A stretch of DNA of 64,000 nucleotides, from NCBI RefSeq assembly GCF_009914755.1, contig NC_060934.1. The stretch is one strand, 5' to 3'. The DNA is from the human T2T-CHM13v2.0 reference genome, Homo sapiens. The position numbers were made by a program, and so were the translations under genes. The notes under the pieces were generated by a model. The model did not search any database, was not told the DNA's origin, and worked only from the letters and a program-made list of their open reading frames with translations. Of the stretch, positions 14,450 through 29,067 are shown one piece after another. The number at the start of each line of letters is the position of its first letter. The stretch's first letter is position 1.

Positions 14450-16249
14450 ATTGAACTATTGTTAATAACTTTGTATATATTCTCCTCCCTTTTATGTATA
14501 TTTTACATACAAATAATTGAATGTTTTATTGGCATTTAAGTTTTCCAGACCTGTCTCTGATTTGCTCTTACTTTGCATAAAAATTTTAAAGTTATTGTCC
14601 TAAATTGGAAGATGATGTATTTTAACATAAAGAGTATTAGACTCTGCCAGAATTATTTATTTGAGATTGACTATGAGCTATAAAAGTCTGTTTGGTTCAT
14701 GTAATTGCCTTTTAGTTTTTTTGCTACCCTCAGCTGTAAAACATCAAACAAAATTAGCAGCTGCAGTCCTGGTTGCACTTTATTAAACATCTAGCCAATT
14801 TTTTCACCCCTGTTCCTGGTGAAGTTTATTTAGGTAAAAGGTTGATAACATTCTTTACCGCCAAAGAAAGCAGGTTCATTTCTGTTAGACAGTTCTATCC
14901 TGATAACATTGAAGAAGCTAAACACAAGGACTCATTGCTTCTCACTGGTATCAGTGGGCCTGTCCTTCCACTGTGCTAGCCAGGTGTGTAAAGTATGTAA
15001 TTTCACATGCAAAATAGAATAATTGTGTGGTATGTGTATACAGCATGTATATTACTGTAGGTTTGTTGAAATACAAAATAATTCTGAAATGTTTGCATTT
15101 TGAAAAAGACTTGGCCTCCACCAGGCACTAATGTGCAGTATGCATTGTTTATACATGGGCATATTTATATAAACAGGGTTACAGGTCTGTGTAAAGAAGT
15201 TACATTGATTACAAGAGCTAATATAAGCTTGGGAATATTTGTGTTAATACTTCAGTTTTTTTCAAATAAGGTCCCATGTATTTCTTACATAGAAGACTGT
15301 TTCCTAAAAGTGGTAAAAAGGAAAACACTCATCTCTAATGTTTTATACTGTGCCAGCTACATATTTGACAAGATTCTTTTAGTTATTCTACTTATTAGAG
15401 ATATTTGTAAAGGAATGTGTTCTGCATACTAATTAGCATTAAGCAGTATCTTTGACAGAAGCGAGTCACCAGCTATTCTAAGTAAGAACTGAAGAACTTT
15501 TGGATGGCATGGAATATTTCAAATATTTCACCATTCAGCAGTCTAGCTCGTGATGATCAAATACACCAATAAATGCTGCTCATATTTCTATAAACATGGA
15601 ATTATGTTGTACATGCATCCATTTTGTGTAGCCTTTCCCACTTCGCCGTTTGCCGTGAACATTTCTTCTTGACAGTAAATAGTCTCCTAAAAACATGTTT
15701 CGTAGTTACACAGTCTGTCTCCTAAAAGCGCAAAGAGCAGTACTTGGTTTCTGGGTGGAAACCCATAGCTGGCATGTTTATGCCACCCCGCGGTTGCTGG
15801 TAGTTTCTGAATCTATGGACTTGCTGGCCCTCCAGCGTCTATTGTCAATTTTCTTAGGGATTATCCCGGGAGGGGTACGTGTCCCCTTCCTCACCTCCAT
15901 CCTGTTCCTGATTAGACCGCCTTCCTCTGGCATATATTCTCCTTCATCTCACTCACCATCCTCCTCCCTGATTAGTCCCGGCCTTCATTTCATTTCAGTC
16001 ACCATTTCTCCCCAGGAATTGGCTCCCTTTTTTGTGTCCCTTCTTTAAGAGTGTCTGGTTGCTTTGCTGACAAACACCTCAGAAAAGGGACAGAAAGTTG
16101 GAGCCCTGTATTTTCACAGATAAAGAGTATACAATGAAGATTTTTGACCTCTAGTTCCCTAAGAGTGTCTGTCTTCAGACAGAACTGCCCCCCTGGTGCT
16201 GTGGGCTGGCCTAGGCCTCTGCTGGCCCTCAGCCTTCTCTGCAATGCAG

Positions 16250-16970
16250 CCTCTACCTTCCTTCCCAGCCACCCTCCCCTCGCTTGACCTGCACCTCAGC
16301 CAGCCGGAACTGCTCCCTGCCTACCAGACTTGCCTCTTGCTCTTAATCTTGCTCATGCCATTCCTCCTGCCTGGACATTTACCTTCTCTTCCCCATAAAA
16401 ATCCTGCCCATCTTTCAGTTCCCTGTCTTCATGCTGCATCCTCAAAGAAAGGAGAGATCACATTTTTCAGATCTCCCCAACAAGAGGCACTCTATGTGGC
16501 TTTTTTTTTTTTTTTTTTTTTTTTTTTTGAGATAGTTTTGCTCTGTTGCCCAGGCTGGAATGCAGTGGCGCAGTCTTGGCTCACTGCGACCTCTGCCTCC
16601 TGGGTTCAAGCAATTCTTGTGCCTCGGCCTCCCAGGTAGGTGGGACTATAGGCAGGCACCACCAAGCCTGGCTAATTTTTTGTATTTTAGTAGAGACAGA
16701 GTTTCACCATGTTGCCCAGGCTGGTCTCGAACTCCTGAGCTCAAGCAATCCACCTGCCTCGGCCTCCCAAAGTGCTCTGTGTTGCTTTGATTGTACTGCT
16801 CTTGTTGGACAGATCTAGTATGCCTTAAGTTTCAGCTGTTTCAGTACCTATCTCATTCCCTCTACTATAGGGTTAACTCCTGGAGAACAAGGAATACAGC
16901 TCTCATATTTGAATCTGAAAGCACTCAGCACAGTTGCATTCACATGGAAGGTGCTTGGTAAATATTGGCC
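16250..16970 (+). mobile_element. L2 3' fragment interrupted by an Alu
   Basis: gctcatgccattcctcctgcctggacatttaccttc... and terminal cagcacagttgcattcacatggaaggtgcttggtaaatattgg. Confidence 0.6.
16501..16776 (-). mobile_element. Alu (AluJ-like), slightly 5'-truncated
   Basis: Stops at cccaaagtgct; TSD ctctatgtggcttt / ctctgtgttgcttt. Confidence 0.95.
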
Positions 16971-16993
16971 CATGAGGATTTTTAAACCTCTGA

Positions 16994-17328
<335 letters not shown>

Positions 17329-17613
17329 TAATGTCTCTGAATTGTATTCACTTAGTGCTACTGCAGAATAATTATAGAAATTGCAGAATTGCACGTGGTT
17401 TATATAAAAGCATGGAATGACCTAACTTGTTTATATTTTTTAAGCAATGTCCAAAGAGAGGCCACTTCCAAGTTGGGGTTTACTCTGAGCTCATGCTTTG
17501 CCTGCTTTTTTTCCCGGGTCAGTAGCATAAGTTACCTAGGAGAGTCTTGAGTTATCTGCCTTAGCTCTGAAGACTCTTCCTCAGCTTTCTCAGTCAGTCT
17601 GCATTGTTGTCCA

Positions 17614-17652
17614 TGTGTATCTGTGTGTGTGTGTGTATGTGTGTGTGTGTGT
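17614..17652. repeat. Interrupted (TG)n microsatellite
   Basis: TG run with TA/TC interruptions. Confidence 0.9.
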
Positions 17653-19291
17653 ATGAGAACCTTCACTTTTAGAATAATATTACATTCCAAATCAAATTCT
17701 GCCTCAAAAGAGCTATTCTTCCACAATTTTCTGCATTTCTGTACAGGTTACAAAATGTCACAATTCAATGGGGCCAATTATTAGATTTTCATTTAATGGG
17801 CAGTTTTAATATTCTCAGAGAAGCTGAATAGTAATAACATTTTAAACCACTGCATTCCATTTAAAGACTCACAACCAGTTCTTCTCTCTTTGAGCACACC
17901 TAGTTATATTTTTGGGTATCATTTAAATTCAGGCTCCCAATCTGTAGAAAAAATCAATGAGTTAATGAATAGCTTCATTTTGAAAACTTTTAAAATATTT
18001 TATCCTAATTATAAGGCATATCTAGTGACATTAATTTGGCGAAATCCCAAATCATCAGATTGTGCAGAATAGCCCTTACCAAGGAGTAATTTAGAGCATT
18101 TTCAGTTTAACAAATGTGCTGTTTTTAGGACCAGATCATGGCTTTGCTTACTCTGAGAAAAACTTTCTACTGTTAAGGTTCAGGGGCCATGTCAGTGTAG
18201 GTCAAACTTTATGCTTTTTATTCACAGTTGTGTTTGTTTAGCATGTTTTATTTAGCCTATTAAATGAAAAGCATTCCTACTACTAATAATCACCCCGGAC
18301 ATTTGTATAGCATATTCTTATTGGTAAATGACTCCCACATGCGCTGTCCCCGGGCCTGGTGAGCTTCAGGCCATACTCCCTGACCATACAGTGAGTCATT
18401 GGTAAAGCCAGCCCTCGAATCAGAGCTGGCCAAGTTCAAGACCGGTGACTTCCCACACACGGTTGGTGTAAGTAAACCATCCCAAATCTTGTGGGGAACA
18501 AGATGGAGAATACGCCAACAAAGTGATTGCTTTGGAGTCATTTATTTTCTACTATGTGGTCCATAGCGTACCAACTGTGTCCTCTGGGACAACAACAGAA
18601 AATGAACTCTCTAACCAGATCGACGCTACAGTTTGTGAGAAACCCACAAAGCAGCCATCATCTCAGTCTTTCCTAGAGTGTGGTTCCCTCTATGTGGTTT
18701 TCTATTTTAATCTTTGTCCCACTTTATCTTAATCTGTTCTCTGTCCATTCTCTAGCTGAAGACACCTGACACATTCATAGTCTCAGGGAAGTAGAAATCA
18801 TTTATAAGCAGTGCTTGATGACTCTTCATGGCTGCCCAGTAAAAGGAGCCTCAGCACCCTTGCTATTCCTTCAGTATTTGAATGAGTGACCCAATTAGTA
18901 AGAGAACCTAGTTCTCGTTCCCAGTCTGCTTTTCTGTTCATGACCTATATGCTGTTCCATCCTCTTCAGATATATCCTGCCTGGATATCTTCATTCTTCT
19001 CACCCTTCCTCCCAGCCAAAAAGTTGTAGGTGTCACACTCTGCAGGCATGGCCACAGAGTAACCTAAAATTTACTCTTGCAAATCTCTTTTTATTGGACC
19101 AGGACAGAAGGAAGTTGGAGTCCTCACATGTATTTTCAGTAAAAGCTCATGACTGTGGAGGTATGAAAAGCAAAAGCTGCCTGGAAATGCTCATCCTCCT
19201 AATGATTTGTTTCTCTGCTAGGCCCACAATAGAACTCAGTAACTCTATGTGGTCTAAATGATATAATACAGCTAAATGAGATCAACTATTA

Positions 19292-19292
<1 letters not shown>

Positions 19293-19332
<40 letters not shown>
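19293..19332. repeat. (CA)20 microsatellite
   Basis: Pure CA run of 40 nt. Confidence 0.98.
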
Positions 19333-19333
<1 letters not shown>

Positions 19334-20189
19334 TAAATGATATAAATCTAGTTAAACGTTTACTCCAGAGGGGGAAGAAAGGTAAAAGGGTAGAATACAT
19401 GCAGAGGGGTAGGGGCGTGAAACTAAGAGAGGCCTTTCCCTTCCTAAAGAATCTTTGCTTACATGCAACACATGCCCTGATAAGAAAAAGTGTGCATTAG
19501 GACAGACTTGCCCACCCTGATTTTCCACTTGTACTTCACTTTCCACTGCTGCATTCTCCAAGCATGTGAACTGATTTGCTTCTGTTGCCAATGGAGACTG
19601 GTGCAGGTTCAAGGGATGTTGATTCCACAACATCTCATTCTGCTATATGCAGATTTAATGGCTTTAGACTGTCAGGATGTGCTCCCCCATTGTTGTCTTT
19701 AAATTTGGGGTGGCAGATGTTGAACATCTGTAAAACTGAGTAGGGCAAAAGCTGCTGCAAATGTGGGGAGGCCTCAGAATGCTGGGGCCACATTCCACTG
19801 ACATCGTGTCTCTCCATTCCTGTTGGATCTCCAGTTCCTGATATAGGACCCCGTTCTAGCTTTAGGGATCCCCTTTCTGTGTTTCCATGGCCATCAAGGC
19901 TGCCCAGAATGGTCCCCACTGCCCACTGCATTCTAAACCCCTTAGATTTGAGATGGACCCATGGTCCATATGAAAGACCCCTCCCTCCTTAGTTTCCTTC
20001 TCTCTCTGACCACCACGATGCATGCACCAGCCCAATGGAGCACTAGTATTCTCTTACAGAACTATTGGTTATTACTTAATCCTTTTAGTAATTTAGAATC
20101 CAGGGCTTTCCTTCTCAGTTTCAAAACTGAAGGACCTCGCATATGATTTTTTTTACCATTATTGTCAAGATTACTGTCACCATCTTAAT

Positions 20190-20400
20190 TGTCATTTATT
20201 TTAAGGGTACTTAAATGCTAACTGCTATATAAGCATTATCTCGTTTAGTTTCATTTAACTGTCAGAGAAAACCTATAAGGGAGGCATTATTATTTTCTTT
20301 TACCGATGAGGAAACTGAGGCTTAGAAAAGTTCAGTAACTTGCTCAAACTCACACAACTCTCAAGTCTCAGAGCCAGGATTGCAGCAGCTCCAGTCTATC
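20190..20400 (-). mobile_element. MIR
   Basis: ttttaccgatgaggaaactgaggcttagaaaagttcagtaacttgctcaaactcacacaact. Confidence 0.85.
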
Positions 20401-21099
20401 AGCCTTAAGAGCACAGATCTCCTTGTCTGACACCTGATACCAGCTGGGTTCTCATCATGCAGTCAGCCTCCAAGAATGTAAGTAATTATACATAGTCAAA
20501 GAAAAAAATCTGTTTAAAATCAGGCTATGCCTTTATCAATACATTTCATTTAAATTATCAGTGATGTTTTCAGTTAATAACTTAAGAATCAAGTTTTTAA
20601 GGAAAATTGTAAGAAGCATATTTACCAGGTCCTGTTACATAAAGAGGGGGAAAATGCTGCTCTGGTCCTTAACAACCCGTGTATTTAAGCCAAGGTTGGT
20701 ATAGGAAATAATTTTTTTGTGGCACATGGAGATTACTACACTAGACCATAGGCAAGATAGCAAAAGAGGTCTTCGGTGCTCCCCGTGTATTTTGGCACCC
20801 AGCCTTTTCCTTCCACTCTTCCCCTCTCAACATTTTTGGTCACCTTTTAGCATTCTAGGTCTCCCCACTGTAACCCCATCCAGGCCATTCTGTTTCAGAA
20901 ATGCATTCCCTATTGAAAACTTAGCCCTTGAAAGACACTACTGCTACTGAGAAACCAATCTGAGGACGGTACATCACACTAAGACTTGATCTTGGGGCAC
21001 AACTGAGTTTTATAAGGAGAGTGGAAATGGGGACATGTGATATTATTAACTCTCTGGATGCTTTGCCTCTGCTTAAAACAGTCCACTGTTTTCCATGCT

Positions 21100-21340
21100 C
21101 CGTTGGATCTCAGATAAGCCCCTCATCACTCGATGCCTTTCCCCTGCTTTAGTTCTTTTTATCGCATATATCAATACCTGGAATCATTTTATAAACTTGT
21201 TGGCTTATTGTCATCACCTCCTGCAGAATGTAAGCTCCAGGAGAGCAGGAACTTTGCTTTCTTTACTGCTATAAACCCAGCATCTGCAAGAGGAGTTGGC
21301 ATAGAGTAAGGACTTAATAAATATTCATCAAATGAAAGGA
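21100..21340 (+). mobile_element. L2 3' end
   Basis: gaatgtaagctccaggagagcaggaactttg...ggcatagagtaaggacttaataaatattcatcaaatgaa. Confidence 0.8.
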
Positions 21341-23119
21341 TTAACTTCTTGTCATGCCTCTTCTGAGCTGGGTAGTTTTCCCTTAACTCGGTTGTTTTTT
21401 CCCAAAAGAACAAATTTAGGTAGTCATCAGACCTGTGATTTTACTGATATGGTTGTTTGGGATGAGCTGACTTTTTTCTTTAAAGGGCCAATTTAAAGTT
21501 GACATGAAGAAAACAGTTAAGTAAATACTAACTCAGATGGGTGCCCAGGCACAGGAGGATCAGGAAAATGGTATCTGGGTGTCTGGAAAACGCTATTCGA
21601 TCAAAAAAACACTAACTGAAAAATCCACCATTATATTAGCAGATAACATTCAAGTAAGTAAAAAACTGGCCTACATAACTCATCTTGAAATTATTATGAG
21701 CCAACCTTTTCAATCTTCCATGATGTGCACCGTGTTCATGGTTCTCTTAGAATTGTCATCAGCGTTGCAGGTTATAAGTTATATGGATAAAATTAAAACC
21801 AAAACTTACCCATCACATTTGAGCCCAAATATTTCCTCTTTTAAGTTGTACCCCTAACTTTGAAATCAGGGTTAAACCACAGGCTTATTTTTTCTTATAG
21901 TCATTTTTTTTAATATTTGGGTTCAATCATACCTGGTAATTTGGTATGTAACGATGGGGTAGGCTTGAGAATATTCAAGAACAAATTGCACCATGTTATT
22001 CAGTTCTCCCTAATCTTACAAAATATGAAAAACCACAAATTACTGAATTTTAATACTTCCTGAATCTTCCAGCAAAAAGGAGGAAGATAGCACCTAAATG
22101 AATAATCTAAACACTGAAAAAGGGATGGGAGGAGAGAGAGAATCCCAAGCATTAAACCATATTGGCCTACCAATTATTATGATTGTTTTCAAAATCACAG
22201 TTTTACAGAAAAAAAATTGTTTTTATGGTGCCAGGTTTGTGGAGTCCTCTTTGTTAAAACCTTAGTAAATGAAGTTATGAAACTGAGACTAGTTTATTCT
22301 GGAAGCTTCTTAGTTGGGGGATAAGACAGCTGGATGAACTGGGAGGACAGTAAACGGTGGAGGTGGAAACCTTCTTGTTCATAAAAATACTGTTTTTCAT
22401 ATGTTAAAAAAAAAACTTTATCTCACGCTTTTCATCAAGAGCTGTAATCAGTGAGCCTGTGTACTTCCTTTTCCCTGCCAGATAGTTGTTCCTGGCTGGA
22501 AGACATTTTATGATATTTATTTGATGACACACACCTGCTGAGTGGATGAAAAGCAACTGTTCCTGGGGATGACCTACTTCAAGGGCGCAGTCAGCTTCTG
22601 AGGCCTTCAGCAGGTTATCCTGAAATCATTTTAGTTCACCTTGATATCACCTGTTGAACATATCTAAGACTGGTGTATTCGCAGACTTGTTGTAGGCACA
22701 GTTGCTAACCCCAGGGAAGAGATTTCGGAGTCAGTAACTACTTTGTCAGTGTATTGAGACTGGGAAGACACGCTGCTTTACCAAACCTACTCTGAGCATA
22801 TGGAGTGCTGTTCTTGGCACTCGGGATGCGCATCAGCCCAGGGACCTGCCAGCTGGGAGCGGACCCCTAGAAGGGGATCTAGTGGGAACATAAGTAAGTA
22901 TGGTCCAGCACAGAAGGGATGGATCTGAGGAAGAAGGCATGGAGGATGAGGATCCGAGGTGAGGGAAAGGGCCATGAAAAAATTTCTGACGAAGTGTTCT
23001 CCTGGGAGTTTCCAGCACAGAGAGAGATTTCCAGTTGAGATCAGGGAAGAGCAAGGAATATTTGAAATGCATGGAGACACTGTCACCAGTTCATCCTTTG
23101 AAGGCAACATGTCTTGGCA

Positions 23120-23400
23120 TGTTCATTTCTATTCTACAAACATTTATGGAACACATGCTGTTGAGACATGGCAGGCCTTAGGTAGTGAAGATAAAATATA
23201 AATAATCCATGTCGCTCTCCCAACATGTATACTCTAGTGAGAAGACATAACTAAGCAAATTTTATTATAAATTTGAGTATAACATACCCATATGTGTACA
23301 CAAGGAGTTCTTAGCTAAGTTGGGGTTCCTGGAGTTGGTGATACCTGGCCTGAGCTTTGAAGAATAAGTGTGTGTTAGCCAATGAAGAGAGAACAGGGAC
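23120..23400 (-). mobile_element. L2 3' fragment
   Basis: cattt...acaaacatttatggaacac...gtatactctagtgagaagac...gagctttgaagaataagt. Confidence 0.6.
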
Positions 23401-23438
23401 ATGGAGGCCTTAAAACAATATGTTGTGCCCAGGAGCTA

Positions 23439-23673
23439 CAGATTGACCATCCCTACTCTGAAAATCCAAAATTCAAAATGCCCCAAAATCCAAGTTTTTG
23501 AGCCCCAATATGATGCTCAAAAGGAATACTCACTGGAGCACTTTGGATTTCTGATTTTTGGATTAGAGATATTCAACTGGAGTGTTATTTTGCATATATT
23601 CCCAAATCCAAAAAAAATTAAAAACTCAAACACTTCTGGTCCCAAGCATATTGGATAAGGGATACCCAACCCC
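23439..23673. mobile_element. MER46A/Tigger4a non-autonomous TcMar-Tigger element, complete
   Basis: About 235 bp; termini cagattgaccatccct ... agggatacccaacccc; TA on both sides; internal aaacacttctggtcccaagcat motif. Confidence 0.9.
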
Positions 23674-24135
23674 TACAAACTGTTCCGTTTTACTTGAGGA
23701 AAAAAGACAAGGCGGGAGCCAGGGTTTGAGCCAGTGGTACCTTAGAGGGGCTGTAGGTTCCCCACCACCCCAAGAGCCCCTTGCCATGAATGCTGCCAGG
23801 GCCACCCCAAGCAAACATAGTTGGAGTAAGAGGACTGTGCTTGCTATGTAAACGCAGCTTCGTAACAAGTGCCGTTGCACCTCTGCTGCCCTAAGCTCCT
23901 CTGTATGGAAAATCTAGAGATTCCACCGAAGGGACATTGGCTCAGTGCTGAGAGTTGGAAGCTCTGAGTCATGACTGAGTTGGAAGCTTACATGTTGATT
24001 TACAAGGCGTCTTTGCCCATTACATTTATTTACATGTCCAGAGGTCATGGCCTGAAAGGCTTGGCTCCAAATATGATGTGCCCTTTCTATTGTTGATGAT
24101 GTGACTCTCCATTCAGTTCTCTTTTTCTCTTCTCC

Positions 24136-24703
24136 TGGTTATCTGTTGCTGAGTAGCAAACCACCCTAGAAATGCAGTGACTTCAGCAGCAGTCTCTCAG
24201 GATTTTGGCGGGTTAGGAAAATCAGGGGTTGCTTGGCTGGGTGTTCTGGCTCAGGGTCTCTCATGAGCCTTCTTCAGACAGAGATCAGAGCTGGAACTAT
24301 GTAGGGGGGACAGGAGCCTGGAGTAGCTCGGGACTGGCTGGGCACCTTTCTCTTTCTGTCATTAGTCAAAAGGCCCTTCCATGTGGTCTCCCTGCATATG
24401 CTGGTTTGGGCAATCTTACGGTATGGCAGCCTCAGACTTGGCAGCCCAGGGCACCTAAGGTGAGAGCTACAAAAGCAAGAGGCAGAAGCTGTGTGGCTTT
24501 TTCTTACCCAATCTAATAAGTCACACAGTGCCACATTCTGTGCCTCATTCTACTCAGCAAGACAGTCGCAAGGGCCTGCCGAGGTTTAAGGGGATGGGAT
24601 GTGACACATACCCCACTCTTTGATGCAGGGGTGGCAGGTTGACGAAGACCAGTGGGGCAGGAAATATTGTTGCAACCAGTTTTGGAAAATACAATCTGTC
24701 ACA
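24136..24703 (-). mobile_element. MaLR solo LTR (MLT1F-like)
   Basis: Begins gttatctgttgctgagtagcaaaccaccc, contains ggctcagggtctctcatgag, ends ttggaaaatacaatctgtcaca. Confidence 0.8.
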
Positions 24704-26241
24704 TCCCCGAAGAACATTTTCATCCACTCACATAATCCTTTAAGTTACCTAAAAATTAATTTACTCATTACGGTGTCGCCCACAACCTTCCTTGCTCCCT
24801 TCCCACAGCAAAATCCAAGGCCTCAGTGCACACACACAAACCACAAAACTCCTGTTGTCTGAATGAGAGTCAGTCACTCAAGTGTGTACTGTCCCCATCA
24901 AGATGACAACATTTTATAAGGATGTATCCTGTTGCCCCATCTTCTAGGAATTTGCACTTCCATCCATTGTTAAAGCCAAATATTGCTCAGATCTTTCATG
25001 GAGAGGCCCCTTTGAATCTAACCCCTGCAAACTAGAGACTCAGGAGTGAATGATTTCAAATCTCTATTTGCTCTGCACCTGGGAGATTGATGGTACTCTC
25101 ATAACAAGTTTGGTCAATGGCATTTAGTGGAGTACTGAATGCTTCAGGGAGTGAAAAAAGAGAAACTGAAAGAAAGGCCCAGATTTTGGGCTCAAGGAAC
25201 TTTACAAACTGAAGCATTAGCATGTTCGTGGTAAGAAATCTTCTGATTTAAACAAATGATGTAAATTTTACATTTTTTAGTAAGCACTACTTCAAGTGTG
25301 CTATCTTTAATGAAGACTTTAATTCTTGTTTTTACACATATGTAGAAAACAGAAGTTGAGTTCTTCAAACATTTGTTATCAAAAATATAGGATATATAAG
25401 CACTGAATTGGAAGATTTTTTCCCCCTTGGATAATCTAGAAAAGAATATAGCTCTATTCTGAAATCCCTTCTCATTCAAGAGTTATCCAAGCAAATAGTG
25501 TTGACCAAGGTGTTGAATGCACCAGTAATAATAATGCTACCCTTTCATAAAGCTAAGTAATCAGGAATAATGCTGAAAATAAGAAGACAGTCATTTATTT
25601 ACTCTGTTTGGCATTGTTAGTACTAATAATGCATTTCAACACAGTAAAATTGCTAGATAATGCTTTTGTGACTTTTATGCAGGTTATTGTTATTTAAATG
25701 AACAGTCGACTGCACTGTAATGAAGAAATGCATGCTTTTCCCAACTCAGTTATCAACCAGAATTCTAGGAAAATGAGAATTTGTGTCTGCTTTCATTCAC
25801 AGAGCAAACTAGAGGTCAGTGTTTTCAATATGAACCTTTTTTTAGCTTTTCAACAGTGAATAATTAGGAGCTGCTGCTTCTGAAATTACCTGTATTCACT
25901 GTAGAGAAGGAAAGACTTTTATCTTTCACGATGAAATACATTTTCTCATTCAAACTTTGTCATTCTTTTTTTAAATGGCATTTTACATCACTGAGTCGAT
26001 CCTCGGTAGTAAAATAAAAGAAATATATTTTGTGAGCTGCAATAGCCTTGTTTATTCAATTTTACTTCCTTAAATTTCATCTCCTCCTTGAAAAATGATC
26101 CAAATGCAAAAATGGGTTTAAAGCAGTTGAATGTACAAAGCAATTATCCACATAAAATGCTATTATACAAACATACATGTTCCTTGCACTTTGATTAAAT
26201 GGAACTGATTCTTGATCCTTATCGATTATGTGCTTCTATTG

Positions 26242-27342
<1,101 letters not shown>

Positions 27343-27569
27343 ATTCTATTGAGTTTTTAAAAATTCTTTTGCCTCACCTCAGGCATGTGGTTAGCAGAAC
27401 CATTAGAAACAAATATATCTTCCTAAAGGGAGGGATTTTCAAACAAATGTATACGTTGAAGATGTTCTTTTTACCATGGTAGTATTTTAGATTAGGCGAT
27501 AACTGAATTGTTCTCAGGAAGCAATTTGCTTCTAAAACTTTGTTTTCCGTTTGGTTAGCGATACGGATA

Positions 27570-28500
27570 TTAGTGGTCCCAGAAGCATACCTAGAAAGAT
27601 CAGCTTGTCTAATTAACTCATTTTACCAATTAGGAAAGCAAGGACCTAAGAGGTGAAATATGTGGGTCACATGGAGAATTAATGATAGAGTTGGAATTGT
27701 ATCCAGGTGGAGTATCTGAAATTCTCTGTTTATTTTAGAGAGAATATAGCACTTTGCCACTAGGTTCTCACTGATTTAAAAAAAAAAATGGTGAAAATGC
27801 CCTGCAGTTTACTCAGTGACATTTATTGTTGAGTACTTAACACATATTATTTTCTTCTATCCTCATAGAAGCATATGTAAGATTGATACTTTTATTTTCT
27901 CGTTTTATGTGTGGGGAAACTGAGGTTAGCTCACTTTTTCAATGGCACCTACATAGTGAGTGGCAGATTTTCTGATTCCAAATCTGCTGTGCTCTGTTTC
28001 TTCTGATCTGTCTGAGGAATGAAAGACAGCATCAGCACATTGCTTCCTGTGCCATCTTCCAACTTCTCATGGTCACTGAAACAAATAACCGATAGGTGGC
28101 ATCAAGGAGCACTCACTTACCATTGCCATAGTTAACAGTTATTTAGCAACGCTACAATACCAACTTCAGAAGTAGAATATATGGTTCTGTGGACAGAAGA
28201 ATTGTTCAAATGTAAGAATACTGTACCTTAAGGCACCAATAACAGAACAACTTACATTCATAGGGTACTTTTCAGTTACAAAGCATTTGACTTACACTTT
28301 TAATTTGATGCTCACAATTTGACAAGCTTTTCATTGTCTTTGTTTTTATGTACTTTTAATACTCATGATGAAACAAAGGCCTGAAGGGCTTTAGTTACTA
28401 CGGTCCTAAAGTCTGAGGCAGAGCTGCTTTTCAAAACAAGTCTCTTGGCTCCCATGTAGTCCTGTGTATTCCCTCCAGTGTACCATCCTCCGCCATAATG
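27570..28500 (-). mobile_element. Cluster of three MIR fragments (~27570-27720, 27810-28000, 28240-28500)
   Basis: Repeated reverse MIR cores: cattttaccaattaggaaagcaagg, gttttatgtgtggggaaactgagg, atgatgaaacaaaggcctgaag. Confidence 0.6.
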
Positions 28501-28574
28501 ATGTGCTGTTGGGCACTCATTTGAAAGGAGAGGAGACTTTATACCATTATTTCAGACAACAACAGAGCTATGAA

Positions 28575-28825
28575 CAAGTAGAAGTTATAGGGAGGCTAAT
28601 TTTGAACCCATATAAAGAAGAATTGATCTGTCCAACAATGAAATGTGTTGTCTTATGAAGGAGTGAGGCCTCTTGTCATTGAACTGTTCAAACTAGGGCT
28701 GACTGACCATCTGGAAGGATCTTGCAGAAGGCATTTCTGCATTGGGGGAGGTGGGGAGTGTGTTTGTGGTGCTGAGAGATGTTAGATGGCACCTAAGAGC
28801 CCTTTCAACTATGAAATTGTGGATC
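28575..28825 (+). mobile_element. L3/CR1 3' fragment
   Basis: gtcattgaactgttcaaactagggctgactgaccatctg...cctaagagccctttcaactatgaaattgtg. Confidence 0.7.
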
Positions 28826-29067
28826 TTTGTTCTTAGTTAAGAGAGTAAGCTGGTTTAAGGGGTCCTCTGTATCCTTATTGAGGAAAGAGAGTTTAGCTCT
28901 GATACACTCTTATCCTGCAATGTTAAGGGTACAGGGTTTTCTCTTTAAAAGAAAGTAACCAAATTTATCAACCTGGATTACTGGTTTGTAAAAGGTTAGA
29001 ACAGCTGTTCCCATCTATGTTAACAGATGCTGTATACAACAAGGGATCTATATTCAGATAAGATTTG

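Noticed and set aside
18290-18732. Possible processed pseudogene in the CpG-richer unique segment
   Set aside because: No poly(A) tail, no TSD and no recognisable protein in the ORFs
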